Below, in pieces: positions 28,807-42,235 of a stretch of 64,000 bases of DNA; position 1 is the first letter of the stretch; every line of letters begins with the position of its first letter. Both the position numbers and the translations under genes were made by a program. This DNA is from Octopus sinensis (taxonomy: Eukaryota). The stretch lies in NCBI RefSeq assembly GCF_006345805.1, contig NC_042999.1, positions 148,800,001-148,864,000 of the forward strand, read 5' to 3'. The notes beneath the pieces are model-generated. The model searched no databases. It was not told where the DNA came from and saw only the letters and a list, made by a program, of their open reading frames with translations.

Positions 28807-29032
28807 ACATATATATACACATACATATATATAACACATACATAATATATACACACATACATATATATAATCACACATACATATATATATATACACACAT
28901 ACATATATATATATAACACACATCATATATATATACACCCATACATATATATACCCACATACATATATATATACACAACATACATATATACACATATATA
29001 CATACACATATTATACACACACATATATATAT

Positions 29033-29107
<75 letters not shown>

Positions 29108-29282
29108 ATATATATATACACATACATATATATATACACATACATATATATATACACATACATATATATATATATATAATATATACACACACATATATAT
29201 ATACACATACATATATATATACATACATATATACACATATACACATATATATATATATACACATATATATACATATATATAT
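27947..29282. repeat. Long complex (TA)/(CA) microsatellite
   Basis: Continuous ATATATACACACATAC-type low-complexity tract. Confidence 0.95.
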
Positions 29283-29565
29283 TGTTGTTGTTTGTTCCTT
29301 CTCGAGCCACACCTTGCTCATGAGGGCCGGTTTCCCGGTTTCCTTGGCGTATAGGTTCCCCACCTGGACGGGACACCGGTCTGTCGCATGTGAGCTGCTA
29401 GATGCAGAGGGAAAGAGTCAGCATAAGTTCACCATTACCTTCAGCCGGAGCCGCTTGGAGCTTAGGTGTTTCGCTCATAAACACACACATCGCCCAGTCT
29501 GAGATTCGAACCCGTAATACCTCGACTGCGAGTCCACTGCTCTAACCACTAGGCCATGTGCCTCC
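29283..29565 (-). mobile_element. SINE family C (tRNA-derived head GGAGGCACATGGCCTAGTGGTTAGAGC)
   Basis: A-box TGGCCTAGTGG and B-box GGTTCGAATCTC on the minus strand, with an (AAC)n tail. A close copy lies at 58455-58760. Confidence 0.85.
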
Positions 29566-30141
29566 ATACATATATATATATTACATATAATTCTTCTGCC
29601 CCTCTGCTTCTACCTCTCTCTCTTCTCTTCCCAATTGACCGATCAGCCAGCCTGCTATTTCTTTCTTGGTCTGACTGTGGTCTGTGCAACATTGATATTC
29701 TTCCCTGTGTTTGTGAAAATTTTGTATCTCTGCCATAAGGCTTCATTTCCACACGCGCCAGCTTCATTCAATTCATCCTTAGTCGAAAGACACCTGTTAT
29801 TATATCCTATTATTATTTTTATTGTATTAATATTTGTGTAACATTGTCCGTTTTTTGCGTCCTTGTTTTTGTATGCATTCGCTGCTTTCTTCCAAGGAAT
29901 ATAATGCTCTTAGCTTAGTTTTTCCTTGGGGCTGGCCAGATTGGAGCAATCTCAGGAATAATCAGCCGAAATTGCGAGGATAATCTGGTTCTTGACTGAA
30001 GATAGAAAACTTCAAATGACCCGTCCTCCTTTTCTTTGTATCATCTATCTAGATGTTTTGTTGTCCCTTTTTGTATCACCTAGTTGTCCGGATGTTTTGC
30101 GTTCCTGTCTCATATTGTATTTTATATATATATATATACAT

Positions 30142-30186
<45 letters not shown>

Positions 30187-30204
30187 TATATATATACATA
30201 TTTT

Positions 30205-30429
30205 TTTCTCTATTTTACTTGTTTCAGTCATTTGACTGTGGCCATGCTGGAGGACTGCCTTTAGTCGAGCAAATTGACCCCAAGACATATTCTTTGTAAG
30301 CCTAGTACTTATTCTATCGGTCTCTTTTGCCGAACCAACCGCAAAGTTACGGGGACCAGCATCAGTTGTCAAGCAATGTTGGGGTGGGGGGACAAACACA
30401 GACACACAGACATATATACATACATATAC

Positions 30430-30466
<37 letters not shown>

Positions 30467-30627
30467 GACTGGCTTCTTTCAGTTTCCGCCTACCAAATCC
30501 ACTCACAAGGCTTTGGTCGGCCTGAAGCTATAGTAGAAGACACTTGCCCGTGGTGCTACGCAGTGGGACTGAACCCGGAACCATGTGGTTGGTAAGCAAG
30601 CTACTTACGACAAAGCCACTCCTGCAC
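30205..30627 (-). mobile_element. SINE family A copy
   Basis: Head, internal (TA)n and TTACTTGTTTCAGTCATTTGACTG tail are all present in reverse orientation. Confidence 0.88.
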
Positions 30628-32639
30628 CTACATATTCATATATATATTCATATACATATATATTTATATATACATATACATATTTATATATATATTTTTA
30701 TATATACATATTTAAATATATATTTCTATATACATATACATATTTATATATATATATTGCTATATACATATATATATATATATATATACAAACACACACA
30801 CATATATCATAAAACACTTATTTATAACAATATAAAATACCATTATATCTATTTACAATACCTTATTTATATATATGTGTGAGTATATATATATATGACA
30901 TAGAAAATACTATTTATTTATTTTCTTTATGGGCAATACACTTAACTTGTCACCCAGTTCTACACCATCAACTGTAACCTTATGTGCCTTTAGCAGAGTC
31001 CATTCTCTTGCTAGCATTTGTGTCAGGCTTCCTCCCAATGTTGGAGGCCCCAGATCATTAGCACTGCTTCCCTTCACTTACTAAAAGATACAAAAATAGA
31101 AAAAAATATATGTAATTATATATATATAAACATATATATATATAATTGCCTACATCTATTTAATACTTAAATACATAATTATATATGTAACACATATATG
31201 ACATACGTATATAATCATATGTATGTGTGTGTCATTATCATTTTAATGTTCCCTTTTCTATGCTTGGATGTGTCATGTGTGCGTGTGTATATATATATAC
31301 ACACACACATACACATTTGTATGTATGTGTGTATATATATATATGTGTGTGTATGAGTATATATACCTGTGTGTATATGTGTACAGACATGTATATATAC
31401 ACACATGTATGAGTATATATATATATATATGTATCTATATGTATATATGTGTGTACAGACATGTAGACATACACACACACACATATATATATAAATATAT
31501 ATATATATTCACATACATATAAGACCTATCCTTTTATGCCCTGTTAATGAACTTTAATCCATTACTCATTGATAATCTGGATATACCATCCTAGATTTAT
31601 GTGTCTCACAAAATGGCAGGGTGTTTAATCTCCAATGCCTGTCGAGATTACAGTCGACTATCCCTTACACTGGTCGGACAAACTCATATGTAACATGGCA
31701 CTTTCAAATTAGTTACCTCTCCATATGAAAAACTGCCCCTGAAAAACCATACCCTACAGAATGCTGGCTAACTAACGCCAGCATCTTGTCTGTTTTACCA
31801 CATGCAGTATTCAGTGCACCAGCTCAAGTCACTGAAATCTTATGCCCTGCAGAATGCTAACAGATGCTAACATCCTGTCAGTTCTATCATGTGGGGCTTC
31901 CAATAAAACTGACTTTGCTAAGCTAGCTCAAACAACCACAGGACCCGAACTGACAAATGTAGCCCTAAATACTTTCACATAGAAGGCATTTAAAAATTTC
32001 TTTTAAATTCTCTTTACTCTAGTTCTGAACACAAGATGAAGTGTTTGAAGCCCACAAGGTTTTAAGCAATGTGGAGGTGATAAATGTGTGTGTGTCATAT
32101 ATATGATTATAAATATACATACATATAATTTAACATCTGTCTTCCATGTTGACATACGCACACACACACATATATATATAATTTAACATCTGTCTTCCAT
32201 GTTGATATACACACACATATATATATATAATTTAACATCTGTCTTCTATGTTCACACATACACAACAAATTCAGCATAAACAATAAATTCTTTGAAGAAA
32301 TCTAACCCTCATCAGAGCCAAAAACCCAATGGAGAACGGGTTCAAAACAATAAAAATACAAGGTATATAAAGTTCACAATGAAAAACATATACAAATAAG
32401 CAAACACAACAAGCACACATCCTACCTTCAATTGCCAAACAGATATCATAACGATGACACCTGGGCAGTGCCATCAAATGCGACAACAATGGCAGCACCA
32501 AAAATATAAATACAGTTTGTGAATAGCAGACAAGAAGCAGGTCCAATCAATGAGTTCTTTAAAGTTAACACCTGCTTACAGTAACAAAAACATAAATACA
32601 AACACCTAGATCATTCTACACACACGCATCTTGTCTTTT

Positions 32640-32985
32640 CGTTGTTCTAGTCTTTGGACTGCAGCCTTGCTGGGGTACTATCTTCAAGGGCTTAGTCAAT
32701 CAAACTGACCCCAGTACATATTCTTCAAGTCTGGTATTTATTCCACCAGCCTCTGTTATTGAATCACTAAGTTAACAGGTATGTAAACAAACCAGCAGTT
32801 GTCAAGCTGTGGTAGGGGACAAACATAATAACAGGTTCCTTTCATCTTCTGTCGATCAAATCCATTTGCAAGGCCTTTGGTTGGCTTGGGGGCTATAATT
32901 GAACACTTGCACAAGGTGACAGCATGGGACTGAACCAGGATCCATGAGGTTGAGAAGCAAACTTCTTACCACATAGCCACACCTA
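32640..32985 (-). mobile_element. Diverged SINE family A copy
   Basis: GGGACTGAACCAGGATCCATGAGGTTGAGAAGCAAACTTCTTACCACATAGCCAC head remnant plus family body. Confidence 0.75.
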
Positions 32986-33344
32986 TCAGTCTACACAGAA
33001 CACATACCAGAAAATTCTTGAATCAACGACTGAAGAATTCAGAAATCAAAAACTCTATATGAGTTATATTTAACTGTAAATCAAAGAATTGTCGTTTTAT
33101 TACTATTTTAGAGATTTAATGTTATAGAAAACAGTCTCCATTTCTGCTAAATTCATGAATAGGTCCTTAGAAACAAACAAAAAAATGATTTTCGTTCAGA
33201 GGAAATGCTAATGAATTATTCCAAAAAATTTGGGGGTTTTTTTTTCAGTAAGTGTTATTTTAAAATCAAATTCAACTTAAATATTATTGTCCATTCAGAA
33301 CCCATCCACCCCAGCAGAATAAATATCCTAAAACCACTTTGGCA

Positions 33345-34265
33345 ATGGTTGTTCATGAGGAACACTGATGCTGGTGCCATGTAAAAAGCACTGGTGATGG
33401 TGCCATGTACAAAGCACTGGTGATGGTGCCACGTGCAAGGCACTGGTGATGGTGCCATTTAAAAAGCACTGGTGATGGTGCCACGTAAAAAGCACTGGTG
33501 ATGGTGCCATTTAAAAAGCACTGGTGATGGTGCCACGTAAAAAGCACTGGTGATGGTGCCATTTAAAAAGCACTGGTGATGGTGCCATTTAAAAAGTACT
33601 GGTGATGGTGCCACATAAAAAGTACTGGTGATGGTGCCACATAAAAAGTACTGGTGATGGTGCCACGTAAAAAGCACTGGTGATGGTGCCACGTAAAAAG
33701 CACTGGTGATGGTGCCACGTAAAAAGCACTGGTGATGGTGCCACATAAAAAGTACTGGTGATGGTGCCACGTAAAAAGCACTGGTGATGGTGCCACGTAA
33801 AAAGCACTGGTGATGGTGCCACGTAAAAAGCACTGGTGATGGTGCCACATAAAAAGTACTGGTGATGGTGCCACATAAAAAGTACTGGTGATGGTGCCAC
33901 ATAAAAAGTACTGGTGATGGTGCCACATAAAAAGTACTGGTGATGGTGCCACGTAAAAAGTACTGGTGATGATCCCACGTAAAAAGCACTGGTGATGGTG
34001 CCACGTGCAAGGCACTGGTGATGGTGCCATTTAAAAAGCACTGGTGATGGTGCCACGTAAAAAGCACTGGTGGATGCCACGTAAAAAGCACTGGTGATGG
34101 TGCCACGTGCAAGGCACTGGTGATGGTGCCATTTAAAAAGCACTGGTGATGGTGCCACGTACAAAGCACTGATGATGGTGCCATTTAAAAAGCACTGGTG
34201 AAAGTGCCACGTAAAAAGCACTGGTAATGGTGCCACGTATAAAGCACTGGTGATGGTACCACATA
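33345..34265. repeat. 26-bp minisatellite (AAAAGCACTGGTGATGGTGCCACGTA)n, about 35 copies
   Basis: Direct tandem units are visible. The 26-aa periodicity of the ORFs equals three units. Confidence 0.95.
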
Positions 34266-34435
34266 AAAAGCACCCAGTACACTCTGTAAAGTGGTTAGTG
34301 TTAAGGGCATCCAACTGTGGACACCAAACCAAACCAGACTATGGAACCTGATGCAATGCCTGACCTTACCAGCTCCTGTCAAACTGGCCAACCCATGCCA
34401 GTATGGAAAATAGATGTATGCTGATGATGATGATT
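34255..34435 (+). mobile_element. RTE-tail short element continuing from the minisatellite
   Basis: ACATAAAAAGCACCCAGTACACTCTGTAAAGTGG...AACCCATGCCAGTATGGAAAA...(GAT)n, the same tail as the RTE at 26657. Confidence 0.8.
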
Positions 34436-35107
34436 CAGACCTCATTTGAACTACAATAAAATTCTTTTCTTCTTCCCCTCTTTTAACTTCACTTGCTCAT
34501 AATGTTTATAAAATAGAAATATCGAAAAAAAAAATTATTATAGCATGTTTCTAAATGACTACTTAATAGGATTTGCCTGACAAGTCCCTACTTTGTTACG
34601 GTCCCTACTTTATTAGGGTCCCTACTTTGCTGCAAGAATACTCACTTGTGTTCTGATTTTGAATTTTCAGTCTACCAATGTATATATTTGCTCACAAATT
34701 AGACATTTGATTTAATACAATAAGCAATGTCTCTTTTTACAGCTCACATTTGCATATGTGGATATTTTTCTTCCAGTCTCTGTGTTGATATAGTAACCAG
34801 CATTTATAAGTTGATATACAAGCACAATGCCTGTCAATGCTCTAAGCTATTGTGAAGTTTTTTATTGCCATTGTTTAAATCAAACTTTGCCTTTATCAAT
34901 AACAGTTTCAAGTTTTTCAAATGTCATTTGCTATGAACAAGAATCTGATTGGAAACTAAATCCTTTAATTTATTACTTTGTATGATAATAAGTTAAGTCT
35001 GCCTTGACAACATGAAAAATCTCTTGATTACATGGATTATGTATCATTACAAAAGCTTCTATATGTATGTATTTTGTATACTATGGAGAATGTCGTTAAT
35101 ATGGATT

Positions 35108-35490
35108 GAATTCTTTTATCTTTTATCAGTCATTAGATTGCAGCTAGGGTACTGCCTTGAAGAATTTTTACTCAAAAGAATAAGCCTAAGTACCTTTTTT
35201 TTTTAAAGCCTAATACTTATCCTATCAGACTCCTCTGTTGTATTGCTAAGTTATGGAAATGTAAACACACCAACACTGGTTGTCAAGCAGTGGTGGGGGA
35301 CAAACAGACAGACACACACGTTCCACAAACACACACATATACAAAGGGCTTTTTCAGTTTCCATCTACCAAATCCACTCACAAGGCTTTGGTCAGCCTGA
35401 GTCTATAGTAGAAGACATTAGCCTAAGGTGCTACACAGTAAGACTGAACTCAGAACCATGGGGTTGGGAAGCAACCACACAGCCACACCT
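35108..35490 (-). mobile_element. SINE family A copy
   Basis: Family motifs TTTCAGTTTCCATCTACCAAATCCACTCACAAGGCTTTGG and GACTGAACTCAGAACCATG. Confidence 0.8.
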
Positions 35491-36149
35491 GTTCAAAATT
35501 ATTCTATAAGTATTTGCTTTGTACAATCTATATCATTTTGTATAAGTAATGATAAATATTTTTGTTTGGGTAGAAATCCACTTGCTATTCTCAATAACAG
35601 TGCAATTCCTTTGACAAGACAGTATGGAATGTTATGTTCTCTGTATACTGGATGGCATCAGGTACTGACAAGTGTGTGTCTTTCTCATGATATATATATA
35701 TATATATATATCCATTGGTCAGAAAAGTCATAAAAAATCTTGATGACTCATGCCTAATATAGACAAAATCAGTATAAAAATCTATACAATGATGCCATCA
35801 AGCTGCTACAGTTGTTATGTAAACATTTACCAAAAGATTATTATAAAACCTGAAAGTACTAGTGAAAATACAAAAATAAAGTGTGAAAATCCAGTTATAT
35901 TTGAATTTGATTGACACATACATATGTGTGTGTATATGTATATATACATGCATGTACACATGGAGTGGATGGTTAGACAGAGTGGATCTAACAAGTTAGA
36001 GGACCACATTTTGTTCCAGTGATACAATTTGGGCATAGTTTCTGCAGCTGTATACTCTGCCCAATAACAATTACTTTTTTATATGGTACACTGGGCTTTT
36101 GTGTGTGTGTGTGGCACCAACATTAGTGAGGTTGCCTTGTAACTCACAA

Positions 36150-36660
36150 GACTAAAAAGCTCTCTTGTCCACGAAGAAGAATAGGAAATAAAGTGGTCAT
36201 TTTATGTGATATGCTGAGCAGTTAATAAATGATAGGAGCAGCCACAATATGTTTGGTGTGAAGGAGATCCATTGGCTACTTTGCATTTTACATAGGTAGA
36301 TGGGATTTTACAAAGGGAGCTAAATAAGAACAGCAATGAGTAGCCAAAACATAGCCTCAAAAATTTACATGAAGATGAATCGAAGAAAGCATGAAAGGGA
36401 CTCAGCAGTGGTGGGTAAGGTTGCAGGAGTACAAAAATGACTAGATGGAGGTGACTAATTGTAAATATGGAGGGGGCAAGGTTATGATGTCAAATGGGTG
36501 TAGCCAAAAGGAAAGGAAGTGGTGACTGGCAGTATAGAAAAGGTAATATGAAATGCTTTGCAATAACAGATTCTAATGTCATAAGTTGCAATAGCAGAAT
36601 ACAGTAGATAGGAGTGTGATGGGGGAATATATATGTGAGTGTGTATGTATGAGGGTGTGC
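36150..36660 (-). pseudogene. Possible old CR1/L2 LINE relic
   Basis: Pyrimidine-rich minus strand with an LTS*P..Y..SP..SSH stretch resembling the APE-domain motif LTSNP...SPLG.SDH. Many stops; weak similarity only. Confidence 0.3.
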
Positions 36661-37792
36661 TAACAGTTCCTGACTTTAAGGGTTGTCACCAAAGGCCTGG
36701 CTGAAGGCCCAACATTCTGAGTTCTTTTACAGGGGTTAGAGAAACTAAAGGACCATTGTGTGTGAATATGAGGAATATGTTGAATAAAATTATAATTAAC
36801 GGATCCTCCTGTATTTTCTTTTACCCAAAGCCAGGAACTTTCAGCAACCCCTTGTGTGTGTGTGTATACATTACATATATAGTATCCTCATTATTTTACT
36901 TTCCATGCTGGTTTGATTGGTTTGGGAGGACCATTTTTCTAAATATTTACATTTATTCCAGTAATTCTGATTCGTGCTCTGTTGTGCATAAAATACATAC
37001 ATAGTTTAACAAATGATGAGCTGTCAAAAGTACATATATGCAAATGAAGCTACTCTACCATTGATAAGCAAATTTCCGACTGCTATATATAATACTTGAA
37101 TATTCTACGTTATTGATTGTCAAAGGTAACCGGGTATGTCCTTTCGGAAGAGCAGCCAACAAACCATGAAACAGCTGCTAGGAGACTCTCTCACTCAGTT
37201 TTTCCACACAACAAAATCAGATGGAGTGTGTTTACATCCCTATTTCTCTCATAGCTAGGCTTTCTAATATTTATTGCAGTACTTGTGACATATATGTGCC
37301 TGTTGAATTTATACATGTGTGTGTTCCATATTACCTTATATATTATGTACGCGTACGAGATATATAAACTTAGTGTGTTTCTCTTTCGGATTTATGATTT
37401 ACTGACGATAGATAGATAGATAGATAAAGAGAGAGAGTAGAAGCAACAGAGTGACTCAATGTCCGAGAGTTTCGTGCATTGGCACATGATCAAACATTAT
37501 ATATACATATGTGTACATAACATAATACACAGACCCACACATATTGCATACATACCCTGCATTCATACATATCTATTGTATCTATTGTATTATATACATA
37601 CACACATCATTTGCATGATAAATACATACATTACATTAAAAATACAAATATATTGCCTAATAGATATAGAAATATCTTAGACAGATACGGCTTCATGTAT
37701 ATGTCTAAGATATATCTATAATGCATTTTATACATATAAATTGACATATTACATGGTACACACACACATACGTGTATGTGTGATTGTGTGTG

Positions 37793-37824
<32 letters not shown>

Positions 37825-37825
37825 G

Positions 37826-37856
<31 letters not shown>

Positions 37857-38870
37857 ATAGAGGGACAGAGAGCACTATATATGCACCCAAACATATATTA
37901 CATTAAATATATAAATACATAGATTGCATTATACGTACATATATGCATACGCACACATTATATATGTAATATATTTATAAACATACATAAAATATATGTA
38001 CATGTAGTTTCCATTCGCACGTAAATACAAATAGTTGAACAGAAGAAGATCGAAAATACCTGAAATACTTGCTGGAAATTGCTTAATTTTTTTAACAGGT
38101 GCTGTATAATCCGAAGCAAATTAGTGAACAGACGTTGTTTAACGGATAGGGTGTTCCTCTTAATATGGACCTTATTTTCGTTCCTTTATCTCTTTCTTTA
38201 TGTATTTTAAGCAAGGAAATTAATTTGCGGGAAGCTGGGTGTTTCAAAAAAAAAATAATAAAACGTATTCCTTCTTAAACAAAAGCTTTGATAAGAACAG
38301 TTTCGGTGACGAAAGAAGGAAGGTAACGATGGTGCTAACGATCTTCAGCTCGTAACTGTAAAGAGAGAGGTAGAGGAGCGGGAGGAATAGGTATAAAGTG
38401 AATGAGGGAGCGAGAGGAGGAGGAGTAAGCGAGTGAGATACATAGAGAAAGAAAGCGGGAGAGACGGAGTGAGTGAGTGAGCGATATAGACAGAGAATGA
38501 AGGAGGAGGGGAGTCGCTGAATGAATGAGGAAGACCGCTGCTTGCTTCGTGTATGTGTGTGTGTATATATGTATCTGTGTGTGTGTGCGTGCGTGTTTGT
38601 ATGTGTATTTATATGTATCTGCGTGTGTGTGTCACTCTTGCTTTTTGAACAGAAAGAGTTCCGAAAGAGTTGTTTTATTATTATTATTATATTTCTGTCA
38701 AATAACACCAGCGAAGGGACACTACTCTGCTTTTTGGCCTCTTGGAATTCCTGGAATGTTCTGTTCTCCCTTATCCGAAAATTCTCTCATCCATTACCAT
38801 TCCATCCACAAAGGCACGCACACACAAACACACACACACACATATATATATACACTCACATTCATACATA

Positions 38871-38914
<44 letters not shown>

Positions 38915-38924
38915 CACTCACATT

Positions 38925-38980
<56 letters not shown>

Positions 38981-39091
38981 CATATATATAATATATATAT
39001 ATATGTAGGTCCCGGGTTGATTCGGGGTTAACCACAGTAAGTAAGGTACTCAATACATAGCAGAGTAAAATTAATTTATTATATAGAAGGA

Positions 39092-39140
39092 GCTTCTACA
39101 GGACTAGTACTGTTTCATTCAAGAGAAATCTTCAGGAAGC
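39092..39140 (-). ncRNA. Type I hammerhead ribozyme motif (complete)
   Basis: GCUUC-CUGAAGA-U-UUC-UCUU-GAA-U-GAA-ACAG-UACUAGUC-CUGU-A-GAAGC. Stem I is 5 bp, the core is CUGAnGA/GAAA, stem III is 4 bp with palindromic ACUAGU in the loop, and the cleavage triplet is GUA. The U.U closure of stem II is non-canonical. Confidence 0.75.
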
Positions 39141-39187
39141 ATCCTGAAGATTTCTCTTGAATGAAACAGTACTAGTCCTGTAGAAGC
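39139..39187 (+). ncRNA. Type I hammerhead ribozyme motif (mirror copy)
   Basis: Same motif as the minus copy with one stem I mismatch (GCAUC/GAAGC). Predicted cleavage after A39182. Confidence 0.68.
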
Positions 39188-39241
39188 TCCTTCTATATAA
39201 TAAATATATATATATATAATATATATATATATATAATATAT

Positions 39242-39291
<50 letters not shown>

Positions 39292-39614
39292 TATACATAT
39301 ATATACACACACACTCATACATACATATATCTGTAATATGTGACAATATATGTGTGTATATGTATTAAATGGTACTGGATGAGAGAATGTGTATGTGTGT
39401 GTGTATATATATATATATATTAATATCAATATTTAGCAGAAGTAACAACAAATTGACGAGGTTCGTGCCTTGGCACTTTGCAAACTAGTTTGATAAGTGT
39501 CAACGCACGAAACTTTCGGACTTTGAGTCCCTCTGTTACTTCTGCTAAATATTAATAAAAATATACATGTACTCATATTTAGAGTTCTATTTTTCCTCTT
39601 TACCTCGACATACT

Positions 39615-39615
39615 T

Positions 39616-39676
<61 letters not shown>

Positions 39677-39689
39677 CAGACAACAGATC

Positions 39690-39731
<42 letters not shown>

Positions 39732-39740
39732 CAGACAAAC

Positions 39741-39787
<47 letters not shown>

Positions 39788-39796
39788 CAGACAAAC

Positions 39797-39859
<63 letters not shown>

Positions 39860-39868
39860 CAGACAAAC

Positions 39869-39923
<55 letters not shown>

Positions 39924-39932
39924 CAGACAAAC

Positions 39933-39969
<37 letters not shown>

Positions 39970-39986
39970 TAGATAGACAGACAAAC

Positions 39987-40017
<31 letters not shown>

Positions 40018-40030
40018 CAGACAGACAAAC

Positions 40031-40088
<58 letters not shown>

Positions 40089-40105
40089 CAGACAAACAGA
40101 TAGAT

Positions 40106-40143
<38 letters not shown>

Positions 40144-40198
40144 CAGACAAACAGATAGATAGATAGATAGATAGATATAGATAGACAGACAGACAAAC

Positions 40199-40241
<43 letters not shown>

Positions 40242-40250
40242 CAGACAAAC

Positions 40251-40295
<45 letters not shown>
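39615..40295. repeat. (GATA)n satellite with periodic GACAGACAAACA interruptions
   Basis: Direct inspection. Confidence 0.97.
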
Positions 40296-41179
40296 TGTAT
40301 ATGAACATATGTATGAATGAATGGATGGATGTCTGTATGTATGAATGCATGTATACATGCATTCATACACGAACACATTAATATAATCTATATATAAATA
40401 AATGAATTCACAGACACGCAAGCGCGCCCACATGCACATACAGACATAAACACATCCATGCATATATTTATATATTTATTGCATCCATTGTCTCTCTCTT
40501 TCTCTCCGTTCATCTCGCCGTTATTCTTCTCTCTTTCTGTTTCTTCTTTCTCAAGATATTTTGACACTATCGTTACATTCATAAATCTTCGACTCACCCT
40601 CTGTTTACCAATTTACCTTATCGTTTCCACCCTACCCGTTACATATATATTTTTGTCTTTCCTTTATACACTTTCCATTTTTTTTTTACATCCCACCACC
40701 GACCAGCCAGCCAGGCAGTCAACCAACCCAGAGCGTGTCTGCATGTGCAGGAGAGAGAGACATAAGCGGGTGCGTATGAGTGTGTGTGTGTGTGTGTGTG
40801 TGTGGAAGTATATCTGCGAAGATGATGTAGATAGATAGATAGAGAGAGAGAAAGAGATGAGAGATCAAGTGTGACAGATACACCACAAAACGTACACGCG
40901 CACATACTTCACCCTGTCTTCAACAATCATTATTCACCTCCACTGCCAAACCTGTACCACATCATCATGACCATAACCACCACCACCACCACCACTACCA
41001 CTTTCCTTCATCATCGTAATCATCATCATCATCATCACTATCATTGTCGTCGTCACTTTTTTTTCTTCCTTTACATTTTTTCTTTCATTCTGCTCCCTGC
41101 CTGATTCTCCCTTCATAATGAAAATTTCATTTCTTTTTCCTTTTTTTTCCCCCTCTTCCTCCTGTTCTTCAGTCATACA

Positions 41180-41514
41180 TAAAATCATACATGCACACAT
41201 ACAAGAAGTATACATATATGCATGCATGCAGGCATGCACGCACACACATACATGAAACGTATGTGCATACAGACATGCATATATGTGGTATATATATATG
41301 TGTGTGTGTGTGTGTGGTGTATATATGTATATATATATATGTATATACATATGTTATATATATGTATATATGTATATATATGTATATATATATATGTATA
41401 TATATATGTATATATATATATATGTGTATATATATATGTTATATATATGTATATATATATATGTATATATATGTATATATATATAATATATATGTGTGTA
41501 TATATATATATGTG

Positions 41515-41555
<41 letters not shown>

Positions 41556-41720
41556 GAGTGTGTGTGTGTGTATACATACATTCATGCACGCATGTACACA
41601 TATGCATCCCAGCTTAAACACACACACATAACTGTATAAATACATGAACACGTTGTTAGACGTCGACACACAGATACATGCGTACATATGTATATATATA
41701 TATATATGCATACATACAAA
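41180..41720. repeat. (TA)/(TG) complex microsatellite
   Basis: Direct inspection. Confidence 0.9.
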
Positions 41721-41904
41721 CGTATATACAAAAAGACAAACAGACAGACAATATTTTTTTTCCTGTTCATTACATCTATTTTGGTAATTATATTATCTTC
41801 TTTTTAAAAATTTCATTCTTAACCTTTCCTCTGTGTCTTCTTTTCTTACAATTTCTTTATATCTAAATTTATCATGTTTATAACTTTTGCTTGATTCCTT
41901 ATCA

Positions 41905-42235
41905 GACACATCATCATAATCATCATCATCATCATAATAATAATCACCACCACCTCCACTCCCATCATCACTACTGCTACAACTTCTCTTATCATTTTCA
42001 TTATCATTGGCCTTGCCGTCGTCGTCATCGTCACTGTCGTTGTCCCCATCGTCGGCAGCATCATATATTTGTTCCGCCTCCACCTCCATCTCATCACATC
42101 ATTATCACCACCATCATCACCATAATCATCATCATCATCATCTACGTATTTACACATCTCCATCTTTCTCATCAACATTCTCATCATCTGCTTCCACCTC
42201 CTCCTCATCATCATTATCATCATCATCATCAATAT
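41905..42235. repeat. (CAT)/(CAC)/(CGT) trinucleotide low-complexity tract
   Basis: Direct inspection. It produces the poly-His, poly-Met and poly-Asp ORFs. Confidence 0.9.

Larger units (their letters stand above)
39010..39205. mobile_element. Small HHR-bearing foldback element between (TA)n tracts (Penelope-like pLTR-derived, inferred)
   Basis: Perfect 64-bp inverted arms 39074-39137 and 39142-39205 around a 4-nt loop (AGCA), with a unique 5' extension from about 39010. Confidence 0.75.

Noticed and set aside
29925-30030. GGCTG...CAGCC-GAAA and a nearby CTGAAGA in a repeat at about 29790-30120
   Set aside because: The core halves are not in a compatible order with stems I and III. It may be a PLE-type relic but is too degenerate to call.
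33345-34265. Regular 26-bp repeat array as a possible CRISPR
   Set aside because: The units are directly adjacent with no unique spacers, and the context is eukaryotic.
38080-40600. Strong isolated splice signals (acceptor TTTTTTTAACAG near 38099; minus-strand donor GTGAGT near 40594-40599)
   Set aside because: I could not assemble partner sites or a credible reading frame.
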